A DNA stretch of 64,000 nucleotides. It comes from Patescibacteria group bacterium. Lineage in GTDB: Bacteria > Patescibacteriota > Microgenomatia > Levybacterales > UBA12049. Position 1 is the first letter of the stretch. Each line of letters opens with the position of its first letter. The notes under the pieces are model-generated. The model did no database searches, was not told the DNA's origin, and saw only the letters and a list, made by a program, of their open reading frames with translations. The translations under genes were made by a program, and so were the position numbers. This document shows positions 46,608 through 57,182 of this stretch, one piece after another. The DNA is taken from NCBI GenBank assembly GCA_023484045.1, contig JAMDAA010000015.1, positions 8,659-72,658 on the forward strand. The letters run 5' to 3'.

Positions 46608-47837
46608 ATGGCAAGAAACATAAAGATAGCCGCATTTTTAGCATTTAAATCGATTGTTAAAGGCAACAAAGCAACAACAGCGCTTATAATTTTTATTTTG
46701 TCTTTGGCCTTTGTTAATTTAGTTTTTATCGCAGGGATTCTAAACGGTGTTCTCGAAGGGATTAATAAGCAGGTCGTAACTAACCTTGTTTCAAATATTG
46801 TTATCGAGCCCCAAGAAGAGCCGACAAAAAAAGACTTCATTATTCACGCAAGGGACATCATGGATCAAGTTGAAAAGATTCCGGGAGTTACAGCCGTTAC
46901 CAGTCGTTATAAATTGGCCGGGACGTTGGCTTTCGACAAGGAAAAAAACGGAAAATTCAAGTTTAGGTCAGGAGAAATAATCGGAGTTGATCCGGAAAAC
47001 GAAAAGAACATCTCGAATATTGCTTCGAAAATAATTAGCGGAGAGTATCTAGAAGGTTTAGGTAATGGCGAAATTCTTTTGGGATCGTCCTTAGCCGGAG
47101 GATACGGAGATTCCGAAGATCTTATCGACTTAGGAGGAGTTAGAGTTGGAGATAAAGTTCAGGTTACTTTCTCAAACCAAACGGTCAAAGAGTATAAAGT
47201 GAAAGGTATTTTTAGAGTTCAATTCGGTTTTGTTGATAGATTAGCTTTTATTACTACCAAAGAAGCAGAATCGATACTCGGTGTTCACGATAATGCGTCT
47301 CAAATCCTCGTAAAAATTAAAGATACAGGTAGCGAAGACGGCTATGTTGACCAAATTAAAACTTTTTTTCCCAATTTAAGAGTTGATAAATGGAATAATT
47401 TTGTCGGGGCATTGGGTAATGTTTCTAAAAGCTTTGACATGATTACACTTATCATTAGCGCCATTGGGTTGGCGGTGGCAGCGATCACGATCTTTATCTT
47501 AATTTATGTTGAGGTGGTTCATAAAAGGCGGCAGATCGGAATTTTAAAGGCGATCGGTATTAAACAAAATATTATTATCTACTCTTATATTTTTCAGGCG
47601 CTTTTTTATGTCAGTTTAGGGGTTGTTATCGGAACACTTCTAACGCTTTATGTATTGGTGCCATTCTTTTCTGGTCACCCACTAAGACTTCCGGTCGGCG
47701 AGACGGGTTTGGCGTTAAATAAATTAGGGCTTATCTATAATGCGCTCAGCTTATTTTTAGCGGCTTTGATCGCCGGGTTTATTCCGTCGTGGCGAGGAGC
47801 GAAGGAAAACATTCTTAAAGCTATTTGGGGAGCATGA
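46608..47837 (+). CDS. ABC transporter permease, MacB/FtsX-like
   Basis: N-terminal TM, large periplasmic domain, FtsX-like 3-TM C-terminal bundle ('RRQIGILKAIGIK'). Confidence 0.8.
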   Translation: MARNIKIAAFLAFKSIVKGNKATTALIIFILSLAFVNLVFIAGILNGVLEGINKQVVTNLVSNIVIEPQEEPTKKDFIIHARDIMDQVEKIPGVTAVTSRYKLAGTLAFDKEKNGKFKFRSGEIIGVDPENEKNISNIASKIISGEYLEGLGNGEILLGSSLAGGYGDSEDLIDLGGVRVGDKVQVTFSNQTVKEYKVKGIFRVQFGFVDRLAFITTKEAESILGVHDNASQILVKIKDTGSEDGYVDQIKTFFPNLRVDKWNNFVGALGNVSKSFDMITLIISAIGLAVAAITIFILIYVEVVHKRRQIGILKAIGIKQNIIIYSYIFQALFYVSLGVVIGTLLTLYVLVPFFSGHPLRLPVGETGLALNKLGLIYNALSLFLAALIAGFIPSWRGAKENILKAIWGA

Positions 47838-47838
47838 T

Positions 47839-48549
47839 ATGGAAAAATCAAATCTCAAAACTCAAAGATCAAAAATAAACAATATAATTAAAGTAGAAAA
47901 TCTTAAAAAAATTTATCCCGGTAGAGTTCCAACACCAGCGTTAAAAGGTGTCTCTTTTGACGTGAAAGCGGGAGAATTTATCGCGATTATGGGGCGAAGT
48001 GGCTCTGGTAAATCAACCCTTCTTCACCAACTGGGGTTAATCGATACACCAACCGAAGGGCAAATTCTTATTAATGACACTGATGTTTTAAAACTTTCTG
48101 ATTCAGGAAAAACTTTATATCGTCTGCAAAACTTAGGCTATGTATTTCAGGAATACGCGTTAATCGCAGAACTAACAGCTTTAGAAAATGTGTATTTACC
48201 GGCATTTGCTTTGGGTGGAAACAATGATGGCTATAAAAAACGGGCCCAAGAAATGTTGGAAATTGTCGGCTTAGGCGAGCGGGTAGACCATTATCCCAAT
48301 GAACTCTCGGGCGGTGAACAACAAAGAGTCGCTATTGCCAGAGCGCTTATTAACAAACCCAAAATACTTTTTGCCGACGAGCCCTGTGCAAATCTTGACA
48401 GCGTTTCCTCAAAAGTCGTTTTAGAGTTATTCAAAAAACTGAATAAGGAGTTAGGACAAACTATTGTCATGGTCACACACGAACCGGAAGATGAGAAGTT
48501 TGTCGACAGAGTAATCTGGATGAGAGATGGGCTTTCGGAGTCCCCGTAA
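47839..48549 (+). CDS. ABC transporter ATP-binding protein (MacB/LolD type)
   Basis: Walker A 'GRSGSGKSTLL', signature 'LSGGEQQRVAIARAL', Walker B 'ILFADEP'. Confidence 0.9.
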   Translation: MEKSNLKTQRSKINNIIKVENLKKIYPGRVPTPALKGVSFDVKAGEFIAIMGRSGSGKSTLLHQLGLIDTPTEGQILINDTDVLKLSDSGKTLYRLQNLGYVFQEYALIAELTALENVYLPAFALGGNNDGYKKRAQEMLEIVGLGERVDHYPNELSGGEQQRVAIARALINKPKILFADEPCANLDSVSSKVVLELFKKLNKELGQTIVMVTHEPEDEKFVDRVIWMRDGLSESP

Positions 48550-48562
48550 TTACTACAGGGTA

Positions 48563-48618
48563 TTGACAATAAAAAAACTTTGTTGTATAAATTAGCAGTC
48601 ACTTTTAACAAGTGATAT
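48563..48618 (+). promoter_or_regulatory. groESL promoter (TTGACA-17 nt-TATAAA) with overlapping CIRCE-like element TTAGCAGTC-N9-AAGTGATAT
   Basis: -35 at 48563..48568, -10 at 48586..48591. The left CIRCE half-site matches TTAGCACTC at 8 of 9 positions. The right half is degenerate (6 of 9). hrcA is present in the window. Confidence 0.5.
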
Positions 48619-48647
48619 TTTATTAAGACAGGAGTTTATTTATATAT

Positions 48648-48989
48648 ATGAAAAAAACCAAATCAAAAGCTTCAGGGCAATCTCACTTAACTCATGATCT
48701 ATTTAAAATAAAGCCTCTTTTTGACAACGTATTGGTAAAACCTTTGGAAGCCGAAGAAAAAACCGCGAGCGGAATTCTTCTTCCGGATACCGTAAAAGAA
48801 AAACCCCAAACAGGACTTGTTATGGCAATTGGTTCGGGCGCGACAAATGATGAAGGAAAATTTATTCCAATGGTCGTTAGGCCAGGACAAAAAGTTATGT
48901 ATAAAAAATGGGGCGGAAATGAAGTAAAGGTAAAAGGCGAAGAATGGATGCTCGTTGAACAAAAAGATATACTCGCAATTGTAGAATAG
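48648..48989 (+). CDS. groES: Co-chaperonin GroES
   Basis: 'IKPLFDNVLVKPLEAEEKTASGILLPDT' with a mobile loop. About 20-aa N-terminal extension. Confidence 0.9.
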   Translation: MKKTKSKASGQSHLTHDLFKIKPLFDNVLVKPLEAEEKTASGILLPDTVKEKPQTGLVMAIGSGATNDEGKFIPMVVRPGQKVMYKKWGGNEVKVKGEEWMLVEQKDILAIVE

Positions 48990-49043
48990 CGTCTAGGAAT
49001 TAGCGTTCAGTGACTAGTTTTAATAACTAAACGCTAGACGCTA
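48987..49043 (+). other. groES-groEL intercistronic imperfect hairpin (TAGCGTCTAG..TAGCGTT / AACGCTAGACGCTA)
   Basis: The 10-bp perfect inverted repeat TAGCGTCTAG/CTAGACGCTA plus an inner 7-bp repeat starts at the groES stop codon. Confidence 0.4.
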
Positions 49044-49058
49044 AAAACTAAAAGCTAA

Positions 49059-50717
<1,659 letters not shown>

Positions 50718-50757
50718 AAAAGATCAAAAATCAAACCTCAAAAATCAAAACTGATAA

Positions 50758-50780
50758 GAATCGCCGAAAGGCATTTTTTT
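50758..50780 (+). terminator. Weak intrinsic terminator after groEL (GCC-GAAA-GGC tetraloop hairpin + T7)
   Basis: Short stem with a GNRA loop, then 'TTTTTTT'. Low stability. Confidence 0.3.
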
Positions 50781-51017
50781 GACAACTTGTTTTTTTTGCT
50801 CGAAACACACTTTTTGTTTTCGCTCAGAATGTGATTTTTCTTGTCACCCACCTTTTGTCTGTTAATATCATTTGGTACCCAATAATTCATTACTTTGTAT
50901 TTTATAATATCAGCTATTTTATCATTCGTTCCTTCGAAAAATCACATTCCTCGCTCATCTATGTTAAAAATAAATACTTCAATAAACGTATTTTTTATGT
51001 TATATTAATTTCACTTT

Positions 51018-51851
51018 ATGCTAAAAAAACTTCTTCTCTATTTAACCCCTCTGGTACTTGCTTCGATTATTTTGGTAATTTTTATTTTTTACATAAATAA
51101 TAATTCAGGAAAGGGTGCTTTACAGGTAACTTCGGTTCCAAAAGCAGATGTTTATTTAAACGATAAATTAATCGGTCAAACGCCGCTTTGTAAATGTGAC
51201 CTATCCGATATGATTTCGGTCGGAGATTACACTGTCCGTCTTGTTCCGAAAGAAGACGGATTTTCTCCTTTTGAGGAAAAAATAAAAATAACAAAATCTA
51301 TTTTAACAGTTGTCGACAGAACTTTTGGAAAGGCGGGAAATTCCGAAGGAAGTGTTATATCGCTTGTCCCCCTTACCGATTCAAAAAAAACGGAGCTTAT
51401 GATTTTGTCTTTTCCGGACAACGCACGAGTTTTATTAGATAATAATTCCGTGGGTAATACGCCTCTTCTTTTAAAAGATATTACCGAATCGGATCACGAA
51501 ATAAGATTGGTAAAAGACGGTTACACTGAAAAAATGATTAAAATAAGGACAGTCGCCGGTTATAAACTCACGTTGCTCGGATTTTTGGGCGTAAACCTAA
51601 GTGAATTATCAGCACCGGTTGTTTTAACAATTACTCCTACTCCGATAGTAATCGTTTCAAAAATAAAAATTCTTCAGACGCAAACGGGATTTTTGAGGGT
51701 TCGGGAAACCGGTTCGCTAAATTCAGCAGAGATCGGAAAGGCCTATCCGGGAGAGGAATACGAAATTATAAAAGAAGAAAATGGTTGGTTTGAAATAAAG
51801 TTCAAAGACGTAACTGGCTGGGTTAATTCCCAATACGTCGCAAAGCAGTAG
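51018..51851 (+). CDS. PEGA-domain + bacterial SH3-domain membrane-anchored protein
   Basis: Two PEGA-like units ('VTSVPKADVYLNDKLIGQTP', 'ILSFPDNARVLLDNNSVGNTP'). C-terminal SH3b 'LRVRETGSLNSAEIGKAYPGEEYEII.EENGWFEI...GWVNSQYV'. Confidence 0.65.
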   Translation: MLKKLLLYLTPLVLASIILVIFIFYINNNSGKGALQVTSVPKADVYLNDKLIGQTPLCKCDLSDMISVGDYTVRLVPKEDGFSPFEEKIKITKSILTVVDRTFGKAGNSEGSVISLVPLTDSKKTELMILSFPDNARVLLDNNSVGNTPLLLKDITESDHEIRLVKDGYTEKMIKIRTVAGYKLTLLGFLGVNLSELSAPVVLTITPTPIVIVSKIKILQTQTGFLRVRETGSLNSAEIGKAYPGEEYEIIKEENGWFEIKFKDVTGWVNSQYVAKQ

Positions 51852-51854
51852 GGT

Positions 51855-52799
51855 TTACGACCCGATGGCATAGATAATGCCGATTACTAAGAAGAGCCAA
51901 ATTATAACGGTCGTTAAAAGCTGCTTATCTTCGATTAAAATTCTTTCGGGATTTTCGCCTTCTTGCTTTTCGTACATTACCTGCATATAACGCATAATTC
52001 CGTATACGACAGGAATAATAGTGATCATTAACCATTTCCTCTGAAAAAACGCAGGAAGAAAATCAGGTAAAAATAATCCAAAAGATATTTTAAACCCTTG
52101 CGGATTTTCCAAAAAAGTAAAAAGTGAATATGAGATAAAAGTCGAAGTCGCAAAAACCGAGAGATAAAGGTCCAAAAGTTTTTCTGAGTAATGGGAAAGC
52201 GCTTGTCGTGTTGAGTAGGCTTTTGATTCAAGATGTTGAGATATTAGTGCGAGTTCGGACCGTCTTTTGCCGACGGCGATAAAAAGCGAAATTGAAATCG
52301 TTGTTAATAAAAGCCATACAGAAATATGAAATCCAGAAGCGAACTCTCCTCCGTAAACTCTTAAAATATATCCTGCGGCAAGGGCTAAAATATCGATAAG
52401 CGCAATATTTTTCAAAAACATCGAGTAAGCGACCTGGAGAATCGCAAAAACGATAATCAAGATAAAAAACGCGGGTGTTACGTAATGACTTATTATAAGC
52501 GAAGCAACGCCTAAAATAACCGCGATTATAAGGCCTGTAGGAATCGAAATATCACCGTGGGCCAGGGGGCGGTATTTTTTAAAAGGGTGCAGTTTATCTT
52601 TTTTAATATCGAAAATATCGTTTATTATATATATCGCCGATGATAAAAAACAAAACGTAATAAAACCGAGTATTATTTTTTGAAGCACCAAAATTTCAAA
52701 AAGCTGTCCCGTGAACAGGATCGCCGGAAAGATCGCAAAGTTTTTAATCCATTGTCTCGGACGAAGAAGTCTTATTATGTTATATAATTTCTTTTTCAT
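51855..52799 (-). CDS. UbiA-family prenyltransferase, decaprenyl-phosphate phosphoribosyltransferase (DPPR synthase)-like
   Basis: N-terminal 'LLRPRQWIKNFAIF' typical of the Rv3806c-like DPPR synthase branch. Asp-rich motifs in 'DIFDIKKDK'. About 8 TM segments. Confidence 0.65.
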   Translation of the reverse strand: MKKKLYNIIRLLRPRQWIKNFAIFPAILFTGQLFEILVLQKIILGFITFCFLSSAIYIINDIFDIKKDKLHPFKKYRPLAHGDISIPTGLIIAVILGVASLIISHYVTPAFFILIIVFAILQVAYSMFLKNIALIDILALAAGYILRVYGGEFASGFHISVWLLLTTISISLFIAVGKRRSELALISQHLESKAYSTRQALSHYSEKLLDLYLSVFATSTFISYSLFTFLENPQGFKISFGLFLPDFLPAFFQRKWLMITIIPVVYGIMRYMQVMYEKQEGENPERILIEDKQLLTTVIIWLFLVIGIIYAIGS

Positions 52800-53868
52800 C
52801 TTTCTCCAAACTAAGATGTAAAAAAAGCAATAGTCCTCCGACGAGTACGATTAACATTAATATTGTAAAAATTTTCCCCTGGCTCGTTAAGCTCAGAGAA
52901 ATCGTTCCTAATATAGCAGAAATAACCCAGTAAAACAACGCGATCTGTCTTTGCCCAAAGCCTAAACTTAAAAGAATGTGATGAAGATGTTTATTATCGT
53001 GCCAGAAAGGTGATTTGCCGGAAAAAATTCTTCGAAGAATTGTGAATACCCCGTCGATCATCGGGATTCCCATAACAAGAATTGCCGTCGCGAGTTTTGC
53101 GCCGGATAGCATCGACGTTGCGGCCAAAAGTAGGTATAAAGAAGTAGCGCCATACCCAGGGAAAATTTTTGCAGGATAAAAATTAAAAATTAAAAAACCT
53201 AAACTAGCGCCTGCGATCGCAAAAGACAGGTTTGCCGAGATAAAGGTATCTTGTTCTGATATCGGAAAACGCAAACTTAAGATTCCGATCACGATCGCCG
53301 AGATTGCGACGATTCCGGGCATTTGTCCATCCACTCCTTTACTCCAATTTAACATGTTCATAACCCACGTGATCCAAAAAAGAGCGATTATATCGGCGAG
53401 CGATATCGTTAGACTCGCTCCTAAAAAAGACAGTGTCGTGTTTATCGAATCGAAATGAAGAATTCCGCCCGCAGGATTTGTTATAAAAGGTATGGTTATG
53501 CCGCTTGCGACTACCATCAGAGAAACAGCGATGTTTACAAAAAATCTTAAATATGGAGACAGATCAAATTTATCGTCTAAAACACCGATGACAAGCGCAA
53601 TAAAAGATGCAGAAAACAAAATTAACGTAGTTTGATTTAATGGGAGGAATATTATTCCGGCGACAAGAACTCCGAAAAAAAGCGGGATGCCACCGCCTCT
53701 TGGAATCGGTTTTTTATGAATAACGCCCGGATGTTTGTGTGTTTTTGGGTCGTCGACGATATTTAATTTTTTAAGAAAATAAATACAAATTGGCGTTATG
53801 AATACGGTTACGAAAAAAGCGACTAATAACGGTAGCACAAGAGAAAGATTATTACCGACGATTTGCAT
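52780..53868 (-). CDS. Polyprenyl-phosphate N-acetylhexosamine-1-phosphate transferase (WecA/MraY family)
   Basis: 'NIVDDPKTHKHPGVIHKKPIPRGGG', 'GVLDDKFDLSP', 'HLHHIL' (carbohydrate-recognition and HHH motifs of PNPT enzymes). Confidence 0.8.
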   Translation of the reverse strand: MQIVGNNLSLVLPLLVAFFVTVFITPICIYFLKKLNIVDDPKTHKHPGVIHKKPIPRGGGIPLFFGVLVAGIIFLPLNQTTLILFSASFIALVIGVLDDKFDLSPYLRFFVNIAVSLMVVASGITIPFITNPAGGILHFDSINTTLSFLGASLTISLADIIALFWITWVMNMLNWSKGVDGQMPGIVAISAIVIGILSLRFPISEQDTFISANLSFAIAGASLGFLIFNFYPAKIFPGYGATSLYLLLAATSMLSGAKLATAILVMGIPMIDGVFTILRRIFSGKSPFWHDNKHLHHILLSLGFGQRQIALFYWVISAILGTISLSLTSQGKIFTILMLIVLVGGLLLFLHLSLEKDEKEII

Positions 53869-53874
53869 AAATAA

Positions 53875-54237
53875 TTAAACTATGATTTGCACGGTTCTGA
53901 TAATAAAAAGAAAAACTAGAAAAGAAACTAAAAAACCGGTTGCAAAAATTAATCTTCCGATGAGCGGCATTTTTTGATAGATCGTATTCGAAAGCGTAAA
54001 ATTAATCCCCAAAAAAATAAACGCGATTGAGATCGGAATTAAAATCTCGAGTTTCGTTCCGAGTCTTTCCTCCCCCCAGGGCATTTGATTAAAAAGAGGT
54101 ATGAATGGCGGCATTTTTTGGTACGAAAAAAATATGATGGCGATGGTTAAAAAAATAAATAAAATCGTTCCAAAAAAAGATGCAAAAATAATTCTGTCGG
54201 CAAAAGCCTTTTTAAAAAAGTCGTTCATAAATAACAC
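53875..54237 (-). CDS. Small 3-TM membrane protein
   Basis: 120 aa, between the WecA-like and GT-C genes in the same operon. Confidence 0.4.
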   Translation of the reverse strand: MLFMNDFFKKAFADRIIFASFFGTILFIFLTIAIIFFSYQKMPPFIPLFNQMPWGEERLGTKLEILIPISIAFIFLGINFTLSNTIYQKMPLIGRLIFATGFLVSFLVFLFIIRTVQIIV

Positions 54238-55669
54238 TATTTCCGATACTTATCCATTGTCTGTAACCGTTTAGTTCATATGGAACTGGATTGTTCGGGG
54301 AAGTGATAATGATAAATTTAGGATTTATTTTTTCTAGGTCCATTTTTGTTTCGTCAATATTATTACTTTTCATCGAAATATGATAGGCAACGATGAATTT
54401 TCCCGGCGGTAATTTATTTACGAGTTTATACACCTGCGCATTGTTTCCCCAGATGAAAAGATTATCTTTCCCGATCCTGTTTTTAATGAATTGAGCGAGT
54501 TCGTAATCGATTGGAGTTTGTTTATCAAAAAATTCCTGATAAGAGTAAACGCTTTCTTGATTAAGCACAAAAGATAAATAATTTTGGTAGTAGGCTATAT
54601 TTTTATCATATAATTTAAAGTTACTCAAAATTAAAATAATAACGGCGATAAATAAAACGGATATCAATTTCGAATATTTCTTGTCGAAAAAAATAAGCCC
54701 GATCATTAAAGAGAAACTTGGAAGAAGCATTAAAAGATAATGAGTATAAGGTCTTTGCGCAAAAAATGCGCTGAATGTCGAAAACAAAAACCACAATAAA
54801 ATAAATATTGTTGCGGGATTCATTTTATCTCTTTTTTTAAACAGAAAAAAAATAAAACCCGATAAAATTATAAGTTTTATAATTAACAATCCTTGCGGTA
54901 TTAATAGTTTGTTTCCGTATCCGATATAACCGACGTTTTGTATAAATACAGCAGTATAAAAATCCCAGAAAGCGCCTTTTATAAAGAAAAACAAAAAAGC
55001 GAAAATGATCGGGATAAAAAAACCGAGTAAAAATGGATAAACTTTTTTTATTAAGGCAGTTAAATGTTGTCTTTTATAGTTAATAAATATTAAAGAAAGC
55101 AAGAAAGCGGTAAATTCAAATACGGCAACAACTTTAAATAAAAATGCGACAGATAATAAAAGTCCGGAAGTAAAAAGAATCATTTTGGGTAACTTATGAA
55201 ATTCGCTTTGAGTTAATTTAAATAGTAAAAAAGCAGATAATATAATCGGAAGAAGCATAAAATTTTCTGCGTTTGCGATATTGCCTTCGATTATCGGCAA
55301 GCCAAAAAAAAGGGCAAAAAAAGAAGTGGAAACAAAAACAATCTTTTTATTTTCAAATAGCGTCTTTGCTAGATGGAAAAAGACGATTACAGATGAAAGA
55401 CCGACGATTAAAGATACAAATCTTAACATAAATTGGTCAGAAGAAAAAAATGAATAGAGTAGATACAAGAGAGGAGGTTTGTTGTCCCAAATATCTCTGT
55501 ATAACAGTCTATTGTTATTTATGCCCATTCCGACTACTTGATATATTCCTTCGTCGCCGTACCAATATGGTTCAAAAAGAGAAGGTAATCTTAAGAAAAA
55601 AAACACAAATAATATAGAAAGTAAAAACCAACAGTTTCGGCTTTTTTCGAGTCGTGCAAGTTTTTTCAT
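54212..55669 (-). CDS. GT-C fold glycosyltransferase (ArnT/PMT_2-like)
   Basis: 'YWYGDEGIYQVVGMGINNNRLLYRDIWDNKPPL' DE-loop. More than 10 TM segments and a C-terminal soluble domain. Confidence 0.65.
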   Translation of the reverse strand: MKKLARLEKSRNCWFLLSILFVFFFLRLPSLFEPYWYGDEGIYQVVGMGINNNRLLYRDIWDNKPPLLYLLYSFFSSDQFMLRFVSLIVGLSSVIVFFHLAKTLFENKKIVFVSTSFFALFFGLPIIEGNIANAENFMLLPIILSAFLLFKLTQSEFHKLPKMILFTSGLLLSVAFLFKVVAVFEFTAFLLSLIFINYKRQHLTALIKKVYPFLLGFFIPIIFAFLFFFIKGAFWDFYTAVFIQNVGYIGYGNKLLIPQGLLIIKLIILSGFIFFLFKKRDKMNPATIFILLWFLFSTFSAFFAQRPYTHYLLMLLPSFSLMIGLIFFDKKYSKLISVLFIAVIILILSNFKLYDKNIAYYQNYLSFVLNQESVYSYQEFFDKQTPIDYELAQFIKNRIGKDNLFIWGNNAQVYKLVNKLPPGKFIVAYHISMKSNNIDETKMDLEKINPKFIIITSPNNPVPYELNGYRQWISIGNSVIYERLF

Positions 55670-55679
55670 TCTCTATAAA

Positions 55680-57173
55680 TTATAGTTTCTCGGTGACTTT
55701 GTATTCAAGTCGCTTCCCAAACATGAGTTGCGTGTGAGATATTAAAGCCGGAAGAGCGGTCAGAAAAAATCCGACGATCGGTAAAAGTACAAATTCGAGC
55801 GGGAAAATAAACTGCCGCTTTATCGAAACAGAAGAATTTTTCGGCCGGCTTTTGTAATCAATAATGATCATCGCAAGGAGCGAAAAAAGACAGGATGTTA
55901 ATATGAAACCGGCGAGTCTTGGCAGGTTATAGCCGATCGCGGTTCTTGAGAAAACAGGATTGACTAAAGGAATAATATTGGCAGCGATTGTTACGATGAA
56001 CCAGTTAACCGGCCAAAGAATGTGATCGAGTAAAACATTGTAAAGAATTATGGTCTTTTTAAAAAATGGGACTCCCGGAACAGTTAACCACCATTTGATA
56101 AAAAGAGGATTGTCAGACGCGCCCCATGACCACCTGCGTTCTTGCTGATATTTATTTTTCAAACTTTTTATATAACTTGTAGAAAGCGCGGCATCCATAG
56201 ACGTTCTTAAAAATATCGGTACAACAGAAACATCTCCCTTTAACGCGTAAAACGCTTTAAAAAATATTCTGTAATCTTCGGGGATAACGTCGACGTCCCA
56301 AAAGCCAATATTTTTTAAAGTCAAAAATGATAAAGTGTACGTCGAATTTGTTATTAGTCTGTTACCTTGAAGTAAAACTCCTGTTCTCCAAAGACTTCCG
56401 AAAAACGAAACGATTCTAGTCGGCGCAGGAACTTTCCAGATATTGTTGTAATAAACTGTTGCCGATTGCCAAAAAAGATGGTGTCTATTTGGGTGAATTA
56501 AAAAGCTATGGGTTAAGTACGCAAAATATTGTCGGTCGAAAATTGAGTCCGCATCGACAGACGAAACCGTTGTGTAATTTATATCAATGATACCTCCTTC
56601 AACGAGTCTTTTGTACGCTTCTTTTCCGGCAAAAGCCTCATTAGATGATTTTCCTTTTATTTCTCCAAGAATATCGGGATGGTAGGCCGCGAATATGTCT
56701 CCGAAATTTTTCTTAAATTTGTTTATAAGATAATCAGCTTTTTCTTTAGCTTCTTTTTCTCTTTCTTCCATGCCTAAGACGATATAGATCTGTTTTGTGG
56801 GTAAGGTTTGATCTGCGATCGCTTTAATCGTGATTTCGAGTTTCGTTACGCTTTCTGTGTAATTTGGGATTACTATAATGTGGCTTACTTTATCAAATTT
56901 ATCCAATTGTTTAGCTTTTTTTAGCCAATCTTCTTTTTCTGCTTCTCTAATTTTTTTGGATGCGATATAGGCCGTGATCGTGAGAGAGAAAGACTTATAA
57001 AACCAATATACATCGAAAAAAACGATAAAATAGGCGATTATATAGGGCGCAAAAAGCGATCCCCATATAGGAGATAATATTAAAATCCAAACTATAAGTC
57101 CCGATAAAATTTCGATTGTGCGTATCGTCTTAATCGGATAACGGTCAAATATTTTTTTAAAAAAACCGGTCAT
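55680..57173 (-). CDS. Membrane-embedded processive family-2 glycosyltransferase (cellulose/chitin-synthase-like, QxxRW)
   Basis: N-terminal TMs, 'IIVIPNYTE' (UDP-binding), 'SSVDADS' (DxD), 'QQERRWSWG' (Q-x-x-R-W), C-terminal TMs. Confidence 0.7.
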   Translation of the reverse strand: MTGFFKKIFDRYPIKTIRTIEILSGLIVWILILSPIWGSLFAPYIIAYFIVFFDVYWFYKSFSLTITAYIASKKIREAEKEDWLKKAKQLDKFDKVSHIIVIPNYTESVTKLEITIKAIADQTLPTKQIYIVLGMEEREKEAKEKADYLINKFKKNFGDIFAAYHPDILGEIKGKSSNEAFAGKEAYKRLVEGGIIDINYTTVSSVDADSIFDRQYFAYLTHSFLIHPNRHHLFWQSATVYYNNIWKVPAPTRIVSFFGSLWRTGVLLQGNRLITNSTYTLSFLTLKNIGFWDVDVIPEDYRIFFKAFYALKGDVSVVPIFLRTSMDAALSTSYIKSLKNKYQQERRWSWGASDNPLFIKWWLTVPGVPFFKKTIILYNVLLDHILWPVNWFIVTIAANIIPLVNPVFSRTAIGYNLPRLAGFILTSCLFSLLAMIIIDYKSRPKNSSVSIKRQFIFPLEFVLLPIVGFFLTALPALISHTQLMFGKRLEYKVTEKL

Positions 57174-57182
57174 ATTTTGATT

